Below are positions 15,006 to 26,941 of a stretch of 64,000 nucleotides of DNA, one piece after another. Origin of the DNA: Eledone cirrhosa (lineage: Eukaryota); NCBI GenBank assembly GCA_964016885.1, contig OZ024763.1:8246001-8310000 (forward strand), written 5' to 3'. The first letter of the stretch is position 1; every line of letters starts with the position of its first letter. The position numbers and the translations under genes are program-made. The notes beneath the pieces were generated by a model that did no database searches, had not been told where the DNA came from, and saw nothing but the letters and a program-made list of their open reading frames with translations.

Positions 15006-15350
15006 TGAAGGCACATGGCTTAGTGGTTAGAGCATTGGGCTTGCAATTGTGAAATTGTGAGTTTGATTCTCGGACCAGACTTTGTGTTGTGTCCTTGAGC
15101 AAGACATTTTATTTCACGTTGCTCCAGTTCACTCAGCTGCAGAAATGAGTTGCGACGTCACTGGTGTCGAGCTGTATCGGCCATTGCCTTTCCCTTGGAC
15201 AACATCAGTGGGGTGGAGAGGGGAGACTGGTATGGATCGGTGACTGCTGGTCTTCTTCAAACAACCTTGCCCAGACTTCTACCTCAGAGGGGAACTTTCT
15301 AGGTACAAATCCCATGGTCATTCTTGACCAAAGAAGATCTTTACCCCCTT
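15006..15350 (+). mobile_element. Full-length tRNA-derived SINE
   Basis: A box TGGCTTAGTGG, B-box-like GTTTGATTC, then TGTCCTTGAGCAAGAC core; second copy at 47850-48198. Confidence 0.8.
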
Positions 15351-16592
15351 TTGGGGGGTTTTACCACATTAACTGTATATTAGAAAGGGTTCTAAATAAC
15401 TCTATTTTTAGTTTTTAATTCTGGAAGAGTTTTGTAATTATTTTTGGTTAATTTGTTAAATTTTTTTCTTTTTTTTAAAGCAAAAAATTCCTTTACATTC
15501 CTTCACGGCTAAGAATGTTCTAGTAAACCAGGTCGAGGGGGAAAGATGGATAGATAGAGAGCTAGATAGAGATAGTGAGAGAGTATGGAACAGACAGAGG
15601 GGCAGGGGAAAGAATCGAGGGAGAGGGGGGGGGGGAAGCAAGAGATAGGGTATGAGAATGAGACAGAGAGAAAGACAGATAGAGAGACAGGAGAAGGGGA
15701 GAAAGAGAGGAAGGAAGAGAGAGAGAGAGACAGGAGTGATAGGAGAATGGGAGAAAGAGAGGAATAAAGAGACAGATAGAAGAGAGAGAGAGAGAGAGAG
15801 AGTGACAGGAGAGATGAGAGAAGGGGAGAGAACTCTGAGTAGTAATTACATGAAATGGTATCTGGAGTTTAGTTTAGTAATTATGTTCTGTAGTGTGTGT
15901 GTGTCTGTGTGTGTGTATGTGTGTCTATGTGTGTGTCTGTGTGTGTGTATGTGTGTCTATGTGTGTGTCTGAGTGTGTGTCTATGTGTGTGTCTGAGTGT
16001 GTGTCTGTGTGTGAATCACACTCGTGCATATATGCATGCATGCACACACATGCATGAATGCACTCATACGCATGTTCACTGTCATGCCAACAGGCCTACA
16101 TACATACACACACTAAACACATGCACACATACACATATATACATATATACATACATATGTACATATATACACATACATATGTATATATATATTCACATAC
16201 ACATACATATGTACATACATATACACATATATACACATACATGTACATATATATACACATATATACATATGCATGTACCTATACATGCACATACACATAT
16301 ATACATATACACACATCTATATACATGTATAGACATAGACATATACACACACACATATGTACCAATATACACATATATACACACACATGTACATACAAAT
16401 ATAGACACATATATACATATACACACACGTATGTGAGGAGGTCAATAGGTCTGATTAGGTATTATTGATTTGGTAAGTGACAAATTATCTCAGCCATGCA
16501 AGCATGGAAACATGGATGGGATATGATGATGATGATGATGATATGCATATATATATATACATACAAATATATACATATATATATACATACAC

Positions 16593-16627
<35 letters not shown>

Positions 16628-16688
16628 CATACATACATATATACATATACATATATATATATACATATACATATATATATATACATAC

Positions 16689-16723
<35 letters not shown>

Positions 16724-16849
16724 CATACATACATATATACATATACATATACATATTCACACACACACATATATATATATATATACATACATACATACAT
16801 ATATATATATACATACATACATACATACATACATACATACATACATACA

Positions 16850-16881
<32 letters not shown>

Positions 16882-17279
16882 CATACATATATATATACAC
16901 ACACACATATATATGTGTATGTATATATATATGTGTATGTATATATGTGTGTATGTATTTATATATATGTGTATATGTATGTATGTGTATATGTATGTAT
17001 GTATATGTGTATGTATGTATGTATATGTGTATATATATGTATGTATGTATAAGTGTGTGTATATATATATATGTATGTGTATATATATGTGTGTATATAT
17101 ATATATATATAACCACATATACATATAAAGTATACACACACACATGTATGTATATGTATGTGTGTATATATATATAAACACATATACATACAAAAGTATA
17201 CACATGTATGATGTATAATTTGTCTACTAGCTGCTTAGCAACTAGGCAGGATTACACTGTCATTATATAACTATGTTAG

Positions 17280-17500
17280 GGCAGTGGATTGGTAAGAACT
17301 GGTAGAGCGTCGGACAACATGCTTTGTGGCATAGAGTTACAACCCTTTAGGTTCTGATTTCAAATCTCTCCGAGGTTAACTTTGCCTTTCATCCTTACAG
17401 GGATTGATAAAATAAAGTACCAGTAATGCACTGGGGTAATTTGATCAACTTTCCCCTCCCCCAAATTCCTGGCCTTGTGCCTATAGTAAAAACAATTATT
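17280..17500 (+). mobile_element. Second tRNA-derived SINE family
   Basis: GTTCTGATTTCAAATC...AACTTTGCCTTTCATCCTTAC...AAAGTACCAGTAATGCACTGGGG...GGCCTTGTGCC; copies at 37735-37955, 56245-56415, 63395-63580 and elsewhere. Confidence 0.75.
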
Positions 17501-18019
17501 ATTATGAAACACAAATAAAAATTTTGAAAGCCAAACAATGCATTATGGAGGACATTAGATCGCCAAGGTAAAAAAAAGAATCTTACCTTAGCAAATTTAA
17601 CGATCCCAATTATTTTCAGGTTTAAAAACCCATTATCAAGGGAAAAACCCAATTATTAATATCGTTATTAGTTAAACAACTAAGAGTACAAGACTCTCCC
17701 TGGACAGGACGCTAGTCTATTGCAGGTTTAAAATCCCACCTATTGCTGGTACTCATTTTCAGCTGAGTATACTGAAGCAACATGAAATAAAGTGTTTTGC
17801 TCAAGAACACAACACACATCCCAGCCCAGGAATTGAACCTAATGATCATAAGCCCAATATTCATAGCTATGGCTTTCAAAATGTTTATTTATTAAACATA
17901 CTGTATATTTTATATATACTAAATTCACATACATATATGTATACAGCCATGTTGAAGCTAAATTTCAATCTCATATATTTAAATATTTGTAAATTTTTTA
18001 TAGCAAAAAAAAATTGAGG

Positions 18020-18361
18020 CAAAATTTTATAATTTTAATTTACTTTCTAACATTTAAATATTTGTATATTTTCTATAATAAAAAATATGGAAAAATTTTA
18101 TTATTTTAATTTACTTTCTTACATTTAAATATTTGTATATTTTCTATAATAAAAAATATGGAAAAATTTTATAATTTTAATTCAGTTTCATAGATTTAAA
18201 TATTTGTATATTTTCTATAATAAAAAATATGGAAAAATTTTATAATTTTAATTTACTTTCTTACATTTAAATATTTGTATATTTTCTATATTAAAAAATA
18301 TGGAAAAATTTTATAATTTTAATTCAGTTTCATAGATTTAAATATTTGTATATTTTCTATA
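18020..18361. repeat. 71-bp AT-rich tandem repeat (~5 copies) abutting the LPP splice acceptor
   Basis: TTTGTATATTTTCTATA recurs at 18061, 18132, 18203, 18274 and 18345. Confidence 0.85.
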
Positions 18362-18404
18362 TTTCAGGTTGACCAGTAAAAAGAAGGAATTTAGTTTGAA
18401 GAAA

Positions 18405-18582
18405 ATGGCAAACCAAGGTTTGGCAGAAGAATTTTCCTACTTGTCTGTGGAAGACATGAGGAAACCTCCCACACCAACACCAAAGCTTCCTCCAGCTTTA
18501 CAACCCCGCCAACGTAGTGTTGACCAATCACAGATCTCCGTCACATCTCCCCACAACTCTCATCCACAGACTTACAGAGCAG
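18405..18582 (+). CDS. LPP: LPP/zyxin-family protein, coding exon 1
   Basis: Acceptor TTTCAG at 18367, ATG 18405 (MANQGLAEEF...), phase-1 donor at 18583 that joins in frame to exon 2. Confidence 0.7.
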
Positions 18583-18634
18583 GTACTTGTTACTGATTTT
18601 GTTGTTGTTTTTATCATTTTATCAGTCACATTAT

Positions 18635-18850
18635 TTAACCCTTTAGCATTTAAACCAGACATATCCGGTCAGAATTATCTCACCTCTTTCTGTTTAAACC
18701 GGCTGTAACGGGCCACTCATACTTATGTTAAGGTATTTTTATCAAAATAAATAATATCAATATCTCATAGATTTGATATTATGTGAGGTAAAGCCTTTAC
18801 CGTGAAAATACAATAGTAGATATAGAGTAATGGAAATGTTAAATGGTTAA
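18635..18850. mobile_element. piggyBac-like MITE
   Basis: TTAA-CCCTTTAGCATTT...AAATGTTAAATGG-TTAA: TIRs and TTAA target site; copies at 48308-48479, 49844-50059 and 62028-62290. Confidence 0.7.
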
Positions 18851-18985
18851 AGTACCAGTAATACATTGGGGTAATTGCTGGCCTTGTGGGAAAAGTAGAA
18901 ACAATTATTATTCGATGTAATCCATATTTACATTTATGTATTTGGTAGTTTAATATTTTCTATGTTGTTGTTGTTGTTGTTTCAG

Positions 18986-19780
18986 TACCTGCCATCTACC
19001 GGCCATCTTTGAGACCTGACGAAGAACTGCCTCCCCCTCCTATGATGTCTAGTATGAACCCTCGTTACCCTGACGACAACTTCCCCCCACCCCCTCCTCT
19101 CCTACCGCCCCTGCCTCCCACCGCGTCCGAGCTCTCCCACGTTCCTTTCTACGGTAACCGTAACGACGGCTACAACCTGCCTCCACCGCCCCCACCGGTC
19201 GAGCACGACTACGCCACCGCCGCCGTGTCGCACGCCACCGCCACACCCACCGTCTACGCCCCGCCCCCTCCCCCGCCCGCCAGCTACCAGGTCCACCCTG
19301 GCTACAGCGTTGGCGGCAGCAGCTACAACTCTCGGTCAGTTCCGGTGACGGCTCCGTCTTCGACCGGGTCCTCCACCCCGTCACACTACCCCCCACGCCG
19401 TGACTTGAACCAGTCGAACTACATGAACCACACTGACCTGCCACCCCCTCCACCGCCGGCCCCCACCCAGACCATCGTGCCAAACTACTCCAATGTCCAC
19501 ACTACCACCAGTAGTGGCGGCAGCGGTGTTGTTGGACTCAGTTCTTCACAACCCCTCAACTACAAAACAGCCGGTCAAGGCAGCCCACAGCAACATAAAT
19601 ACCCGGGTTACTCAGATGCGGTCAGCTCTGCTCCGGCCACTGCCAGTCCACCGGGCAGCTACACTACAAACTCACTGCCTCGGTCAGATGGCCGGAAAGT
19701 TGGTAAAGAAGCTGAAGTAGACGCCTTGACCAGTTTACTAATGCAAAATATTGAATCTGCTGGTGACCCAGACTTCTTTG
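18986..19780 (+). CDS. LPP: LPP/zyxin-family exon 2: proline-rich region with FPPPP/LPPPP motifs and pre-LIM helix
   Basis: DDNFPPPPP, EAEVDALTSLLMQNIESAGDPDFFG; TTTCAG acceptor and GTAAGT donor, phase 1. Confidence 0.92.
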
Positions 19781-20554
19781 GTAAGTATTAATGTTGTTGT
19801 TGTGACAGTTCACGCCTATGCAGGTTTAGCTGGCCTCCTCCAAGGTATATCTCGTTGGAGGTGTCTTGGGTAATTTAATGATAGGGACCCCAGTCCTATC
19901 ATCTCATTTCTACAGCTGAGTAAACTGGAGCAATGTGAAATAAAGTGTCTTGCGTCTTGCTCAAGGAAACATCACCCGGTCCGAGAATTGAACTCACAAC
20001 CTTTCGATTGCAAGTCCAATGCTCTAACCACTCAGCCATGCGCCTTCGCTAAGTATTAATGACTCATCATCATCATTTAATGTCCACTTTCCACGCTAGT
20101 ATGGGTTAGATGGGTTGTCTCATTAGAGGCAAGTTGGGGCAGGTGACTCTGTCCTGCTCATATAGGACTGTTTCTGGCTAGATTTCTACAGCTGGGTGCT
20201 CTTCCTAATGCCAACCATATTTACAGTATGCACTGTCAAAGACACCGATGAGCAAAATTGCCTCGGAGGACAGAGACCAGTAGCCAGTGGTCAACAGAGA
20301 GACAATTCACAAGATGGGTGACAGGCAGATGAAATATAGTTAAGTGTGTTTGTGCACAGAAGTGATTGGAAAAGCTTCATCTCAATCAGAGATAACATTA
20401 CATTGTTTTTTCTTTTAATGAAATGAACAATTCAAATAAGAATTATCTCCCTTAGATTGTCCATATCTTTCTCTATTTTGGATGCTTAAATGTTTGTCTA
20501 TTTTTTTACTATTAGCATGTATATATATATATCATCATCATCATCGTTTAACGT

Positions 20555-20593
<39 letters not shown>

Positions 20594-20598
<5 letters not shown>

Positions 20599-20860
20599 TT
20601 AAATAATTTTGAAAACCATACAATGCATTAGAAAATTAAAAGTGCCAAGATAACAATAGAATCTTACCTTAGCAAATTTAATAATCTTAATCTTAAAGGA
20701 TCAATCTTTTAAGACCCTCACAGGGATACTCCTTTGATAAGGGGTTTTTAAACCCGAAAATATTTGAGATTATTATATTTGCTAAGATAAGATTCTATTG
20801 TTATCTTGGCACTTTTAATTTTCTAATGCATTGTATGGTTTTCAAAATTATTTAAATTTA
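20594..20860. repeat. Fold-back element with ~95-bp inverted arms
   Basis: TTTGAAAACCATACAATGCATTAG...CTAATGCATTGTATGGTTTTCAAA; related copies at 50905-51175 and ~17515-17660. Confidence 0.85.
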
Positions 20861-20947
20861 TTTCCTATTCAACAATGCTTCAAGCAAACTACAACACTGT
20901 ATTATATATATATATATTTATACGTCTGTCTATCTGCTTTTTTGTAG

Positions 20948-21049
20948 GAATGTGTTCCAAATGTGGCCACCGTGTCGTAGGTCAGAGTAACGGATGCACA
21001 GCCATGGATCAAGTATTCCACATTGACTGTTTTGTCTGTGACAGTTGTG
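20948..21049 (+). CDS. LPP: LPP exon 3: N-terminal part of LIM1
   Basis: GMCSKCGHRVVGQSNGCTAMDQVFHIDCFVCDSCG; AG/GT, phase 1-1. Confidence 0.95.
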
Positions 21050-21111
21050 GTAAGTTTATACACCTATCAATCATATTAATATACTGTGTTTATATACATA
21101 CATACATCATC

Positions 21112-21149
<38 letters not shown>

Positions 21150-21349
21150 CAAATATTTTTTCTATATTTTCTGTTTGTATATGTCGTAATTCCTTTATTG
21201 ATTAACTAATTATGCAATCTCACACCTGATGATGTCGCCAGGATCTTACATAACCAGGCTATTGAAATATATATAGTGTTTTTGCAACAGTAAAACTTTA
21301 AAAGAACATCACTACCGATTATGTTGTTATTTCTGTTTACCTTTTACAT

Positions 21350-21392
<43 letters not shown>

Positions 21393-21616
21393 TACTATTA
21401 TTCAGTTTTTGTTAGTGTAATCAATTATATTGATTTGTGAAAAAGTTCTTATTACACTTTGAAAATTTGTTGTGTCTAAGTAATTGGATACGATTTGATT
21501 TGATTGAAATAGTCCAATATTAGTGATCCTATACTGATATATAACACATACGAAGAAACACGTGTCAGTGTTATGCAATAAATGATATTCCCACACTTCT
21601 GGAATGTGGTGTTTTA

Positions 21617-21655
<39 letters not shown>

Positions 21656-21676
21656 CAGAGGCGAGATCATGTAGAA

Positions 21677-21770
21677 AACATATCTGATGATCTTTCAATT
21701 GCAGAGTCAGGTTCAATCTATAATAGGTCTTTCCTCGAGCTGATCGATAGTGAAACATATGTAATATGTT
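21677..21770 (+). ncRNA. Type I hammerhead motif with extended stem II
   Basis: Stem I AACATAT/ATATGTT; CTGATGA; 61-nt stem II region; GAAA-CATATG-TA. Confidence 0.55.
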
Positions 21771-22086
21771 AGTAAATATGTTATGATGCAACACTGACTC
21801 CCTGTTCTTTTATTCTTATAGTATATATATATATATATATATATATTTATTAAAATAACAGATTAAAGTTTAAGCAATGAATCGCTGCTTTCACCCTTAA
21901 TGGGATCTTCTGAAACCTTATCGAGCCCTCTTTGGATTTTAGTCTTCAAATTTATTATTATTACTATATATATATAGTCCTATACGAGCGAGACATGGTC
22001 ACTCGACCAATCTTGCCTCAAATGGGACAACTCCCATCTAACCCATGCTAGCGTGGAAGAGAGACATTAAACGATGATGATGTTGA

Positions 22087-22123
<37 letters not shown>

Positions 22124-22257
22124 GAGGTTATATTTAATTTAAAAATTTAACAATATATATATATGGCCTCAGCCGGATGGCTGAAACAGGTAAAAGAGTA
22201 AAAGAGTATATATATCATCATCATCTTCGTTTAACGTCCATTTTCCACGCTAGCGTG

Positions 22258-22310
<53 letters not shown>

Positions 22311-22393
22311 CGTTATTCCGGGTTGAATCGGAGGTAACCACAGTAAGTAAGGTACTCAATACATAGCAGAGTATAACAGTTTTAATATAGATG

Positions 22394-22444
22394 AGATTCT
22401 ACAGGACTAGAACTGTTTCATTCATTAGAAATCATCAGGAATCT
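22394..22444 (-). ncRNA. Hammerhead motif, mirror copy in the left palindrome arm
   Basis: Reverse complement of 22650-22700. Confidence 0.6.
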
Positions 22445-22649
22445 GGGTATCAAAAAATAAATATGGTATTTATAGGTCTCTACAAGTGGTAGGAGAGGGT
22501 GGGGAGTGGGATGGGTGCAGGTCATTGGTTGATAGAGAAGGGAAATGAATTCCCTTCTCTATCAACCAATGACCTGCACCCATCCCACTCCCCACCCTCT
22601 CCTACCACTTGTAGAGACCTATAAATACCATATTTATTTTTTGATACCC

Positions 22650-22700
22650 AGATTCCTGATGATTTCTAATGAATGAAACAGTTCTAGTCCTGTAGAATCT
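22650..22700 (+). ncRNA. Type I hammerhead motif
   Basis: AGATTC-CTGATGA-T.TTC(TAAT)GAA.T-GAAA-CAG(TTCTAGTC)CTG-TA-GAATCT; 6-bp stem I, GUA triplet. Confidence 0.6.
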
Positions 22701-23057
22701 CATCTATATTAAAACTATATATATATATATATATATATATAACTCTTTAAAATTTACACACAATGCATTTCCTATCACAGTCAGGTTGCTACATTTAAAG
22801 GTTTGTTTCCCAGTCAAAAGTTCCTGTATTCTAAACCTACATTTGTCCCTGTAAATAGTTATTTCACCAAAGTTACTCATATATTTAATCCTGTATGTTT
22901 AATCCTGTATACACCAAACATTTATGTAATTATATTATAAATATCATTTTTATCTCTAATCACTTCCATATGTCAATAATCATCATAAATTATAGGGTTT
23001 CTCTTATGTAAACTATACATTTATCAAAATGCTAATTTCCCCGTTTGTATGATAGTT

Positions 23058-23435
23058 CATATATCCAGTAATCCTGGTATATGAGATATATCCAGTAATC
23101 CTGGTATATATGACATATATCCAGTAATCCTGGTATATGAGATATATCCAGTAATCCTGGTATATATGACATATATCCAGTAATCCTGGTATATATGAGA
23201 TATATCCAGTAATCCTGGTATATATGACATATATCCAGTAATCCTGGTATATATGACATATATCCAGTAATCCTGGTATATATGACATATATCCAGTAAT
23301 CCTGGTATATATGACATATATCCAGTAATCCTGGTATATATGACATATATCCAGTAATCCTGGTATATATGACATATATCCAGTAATCCTGGTATATATG
23401 ACATATATCCAGTAATCCTGGTATATATGACATAC
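23058..23435. repeat. 29-bp tandem repeat (~13 copies)
   Basis: Unit ATATATCCAGTAATCCTGGTATATATGAC, internally quasi-palindromic. Confidence 0.95.
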
Positions 23436-23989
23436 TAATCCTAGACTCCCTGAATTATATGTTTAATGTTATAGTCATTGTCTCTCCTTCTCTGGGAGAA
23501 ATCTGTTGTATTCAGGCCACCACCACCAACACACCGCCACTACCACCACCACTACTACACCTTCTCTCTACTATGTCCACCACCATCACTAAACCATCAC
23601 ACCACCACCATCGCCACTACACCACCACCACCACTACACCACCATCGCCACCACCACACCACCACCATTACTACATCTTCTCTCTACTATGTCCACCACC
23701 ACCACCACCACTACTACCACCACTACTACTACCACCACCACCACCACCACCACAGTAACAACAATGTCAAGTATATTCTCCAAAGTTACATCAGATAAGC
23801 TGACTCAGCATGACTTTAAGAGTTCCTCATCATTTCTCAAGATCTCTTGACCTTGACTTCTGGCCTCTGACCTCTACAGGTCACTATACTGTTCCTCTAT
23901 TACACACAGTTATTGTTGTTGTGGTTACACTGTTTTATCTCTGGTTGGTTGGGATACCTACTGTCTGTCTGTCTGTATGTCTGTGTATG

Positions 23990-24190
23990 TCATCATCATC
24001 ATACGTCCGCTTTTCTCTGCTTGCAAGGGTGGGACGGGTCCTATTCAGTACAGCATCTCTCCACTTGTCACGGCCCTTTGTCATCTCTTCCGTGAGCTTC
24101 AGTGATCTGAGGTCTGCTCTCACCGCCTCCGCCCATGTTTTACGGGGTCTTCCTCTACTGCGTCTTCCTTCCACTGGGATTTCTTGGCAC
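23990..24190 (-). mobile_element. RTE LINE extreme 3' end with (GAT)n tail
   Basis: EGRRSRGRPRKTWAEAV...RDKWR; second copy at 59980-60185. Confidence 0.75.
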
Positions 24191-24799
24191 TTCTTTCTTT
24201 ACCCCAGTGCATTACCGGTACTTTATTTTATCGACCCCGTAAGGATGAAAGGCAAAGTTAACCTCGAGGGGGGGGGGGGATTTGAACTCAGAGCTGTGTA
24301 TGTATATATGTTGTATGTATATATGTGTGTATATATGTGCATCTGTGTGTGTATGTATGTTGTATGTATATAATAATAATAATAATGATAATGAAATTGT
24401 GTACAGTGCTCAGGTGCACTACAGCTCGTCAAAGGTGTATGTATAGTACATAGAATAATACACATATATGTGTGTATATATGTGTGTCTGTGTGTGTATG
24501 TATGTATATATGTGTGCGTGTGACTGCATGATTTTCTTAGTAACAGATAGTGAACTGAATATTATTATTATTATTATTTTGTGGCATATAGTTACATATA
24601 GTGTGGTAAGTTACCAGGTGGACCATAACACACCAGAGTACTCAATACTTAGGGTAGTAGAGTGGGTAATAGAAGAGTGAGGACCCCGACAGCTGAGCTC
24701 TGGCTGTTTCGTCAACTAGATCCAAACAGTTCGGATCTAGCTGTCGAAACGGCAGGAGCTCAGCCGTCGGGGTCCTGAATCTTTTCACATGTATATATG

Positions 24800-24830
<31 letters not shown>

Positions 24831-25475
24831 GTATATATGTATGTATGTATATGTATGTATATGTATGTATGTATGTATATATATGTATGTATGTATGTAT
24901 ATATATGTATGTATGTATATATATGTATGTATGTATATATATGTATGTATGTATATGTATGTATATATATATATATGTATATGTATGTATATATATATGT
25001 ATATGTATGTATATATATATATATATAATATATATGTATATGTATATATATATATACCTTGTCAGTTGAAACAACACATTGGAAATGACAGGGTGAACAA
25101 CGGTGTGTGTGTGTGTGAGAGAGTGTGTGTGTGTGTGAGAGAGTGTGTGTGTAGTGTATCTGGGTGTGGTTTTTCATGATGATGATAATGATGATGACTT
25201 AATCACTAAGTAATTGGATGTTTTGTCAAGTGTAGGGAGTTCCATGGTGATATTAGTGTGATTATAGGGTTCACCTTTGACCTAGCTTTACTTATACAGA
25301 AGCTATGAGAGTGGTGCGTGTGTGTGTGGTTGCATGTGTGTGTGGCTGCGTGTGTGTGAGGCAGTGTATGTGTGTGGCAGTGTATGTGTGTGTAGCTGTG
25401 TGGAGGGGGAGTGGAGCTGTTCCGACATTAAAACCTGGCAACTGATTGGTTTCAATTTCAACTCATCAAAAATCT

Positions 25476-25558
<83 letters not shown>

Positions 25559-25583
25559 TGTGAGTGTATATATATATATACAC

Positions 25584-25665
<82 letters not shown>

Positions 25666-25688
25666 TGTGAGTGTATATATATATACAC

Positions 25689-25750
<62 letters not shown>

Positions 25751-25830
25751 GTGTGTGTATATATAGCTGGTGCTTCTGATAAAATTTGGTGTGGTAGATT
25801 TTATTTGGTTTTGTTAATAATTTGTGAAGA

Positions 25831-26697
25831 TGTCATAGTTGGAGTGGCTGTGTTGGTAGTGATGGTCATAGTTGGAGTGGCTGTGTTGGTAGTGATGGTC
25901 ATAGTTGGAGTGGCTGTGTTGGTAGTGATGGTCATAGTTGGAGTGGCTGTGTTGGTAGTGATGGTCATAGTTGGAGTGGCTGTGTTGGTAGTGATGGTCA
26001 TAGTTGGAGTGGCTGTGTTGGTAGTGATGGTCATAGTTGGAGTGGCTGTGTTGGTAGTGATGGTCATAGTTGGAGTGGCTGTGTTGGTAGTGATGGTCAT
26101 AGTTGGAGTGGCTGTGTTGGTAGTGATGGTCATAGTTGGAGTGGCTGTGTTGGTAGTGATGGTCATAGTTGGAGTGGCTGTGTTGGTAGTGATGGTCATA
26201 GTTGGAGTGGCTGTGTTGGTAGTGATGGTCATAGTTGGAGTGGCTGTGTTGGTAGTGATGGTCATAGTTGGAGTGGCTGTGTTGGTAGTGATGGTCATAG
26301 TTGGAGTGGCTGTGTTGGTAGTGATGGTCATAGTTGGAGTGGCTGTGTTGGTAGTGATGGTCATAGTTGGAGTGGCTGTGTTGGTAGTGATGGTCATAGT
26401 TGGAGTGGCTGTGTTGGTAGTGATGGTCATAGTTGGAGTGGCTGTGTTGGTAGTGATGGTCATAGTTGGAGTGGCTGTGTTGGTAGTGATGGTCATAGTT
26501 GGAGTGGCTGTGTTGGTAGTGATGGTCATAGTTGGAGTGGCTGTGTTGGTAGTGATGGTCATAGTTGGAGTTGCTGTGTTGGTAGTGATGGTCATGGTTG
26601 GAGTGGCTGTGTTGGTAGTGATGGTCATAGTTGGAGTTGCTGTGTTGGTAGTGATGGTCATGGTTGGAGTGGCTGTGTTGGTAGTGATGGTCATGGT
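25831..26697. repeat. 33-bp tandem repeat (~26 copies)
   Basis: Unit GTCATAGTTGGAGTGGCTGTGTTGGTAGTGATG. Confidence 0.97.
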
Positions 26698-26890
26698 GCG
26701 AAGTGTTGATAACTGGCTCTAACAGTAATTACCAATAATTAAATATATAATTTAATTGTTGTTGGTGACATTGGCTAACGTATTTAACTCTGATACTGTT
26801 GTTGCCTCTCCTAACGAGCTTTATAATTATTGTGTGTGTCTGTGTGTGCGTATATATATGTGTGTGTGTATATATATATGTGTGTGTGTG

Positions 26891-26941
<51 letters not shown>

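Larger units (their letters stand above)
22377..22717. repeat. Essentially perfect palindrome with ~168-bp arms centred at ~22547
   Basis: TAATATAGATGAGATTCTACAGG...GAGAAGGGAA / TTCCCTTCTC...CCTGTAGAATCTCATCTATATTA. Confidence 0.95.

Noticed and set aside
15006-15085. tRNA gene
   Set aside because: tRNA-like head of a multi-copy SINE, not a standalone tRNA
25322-26722. 466-aa ORF and the antisense 297-aa [14 protein letters not shown]
   Set aside because: Product of a stop-free 33-bp minisatellite and dinucleotide runs; no splice or codon evidence
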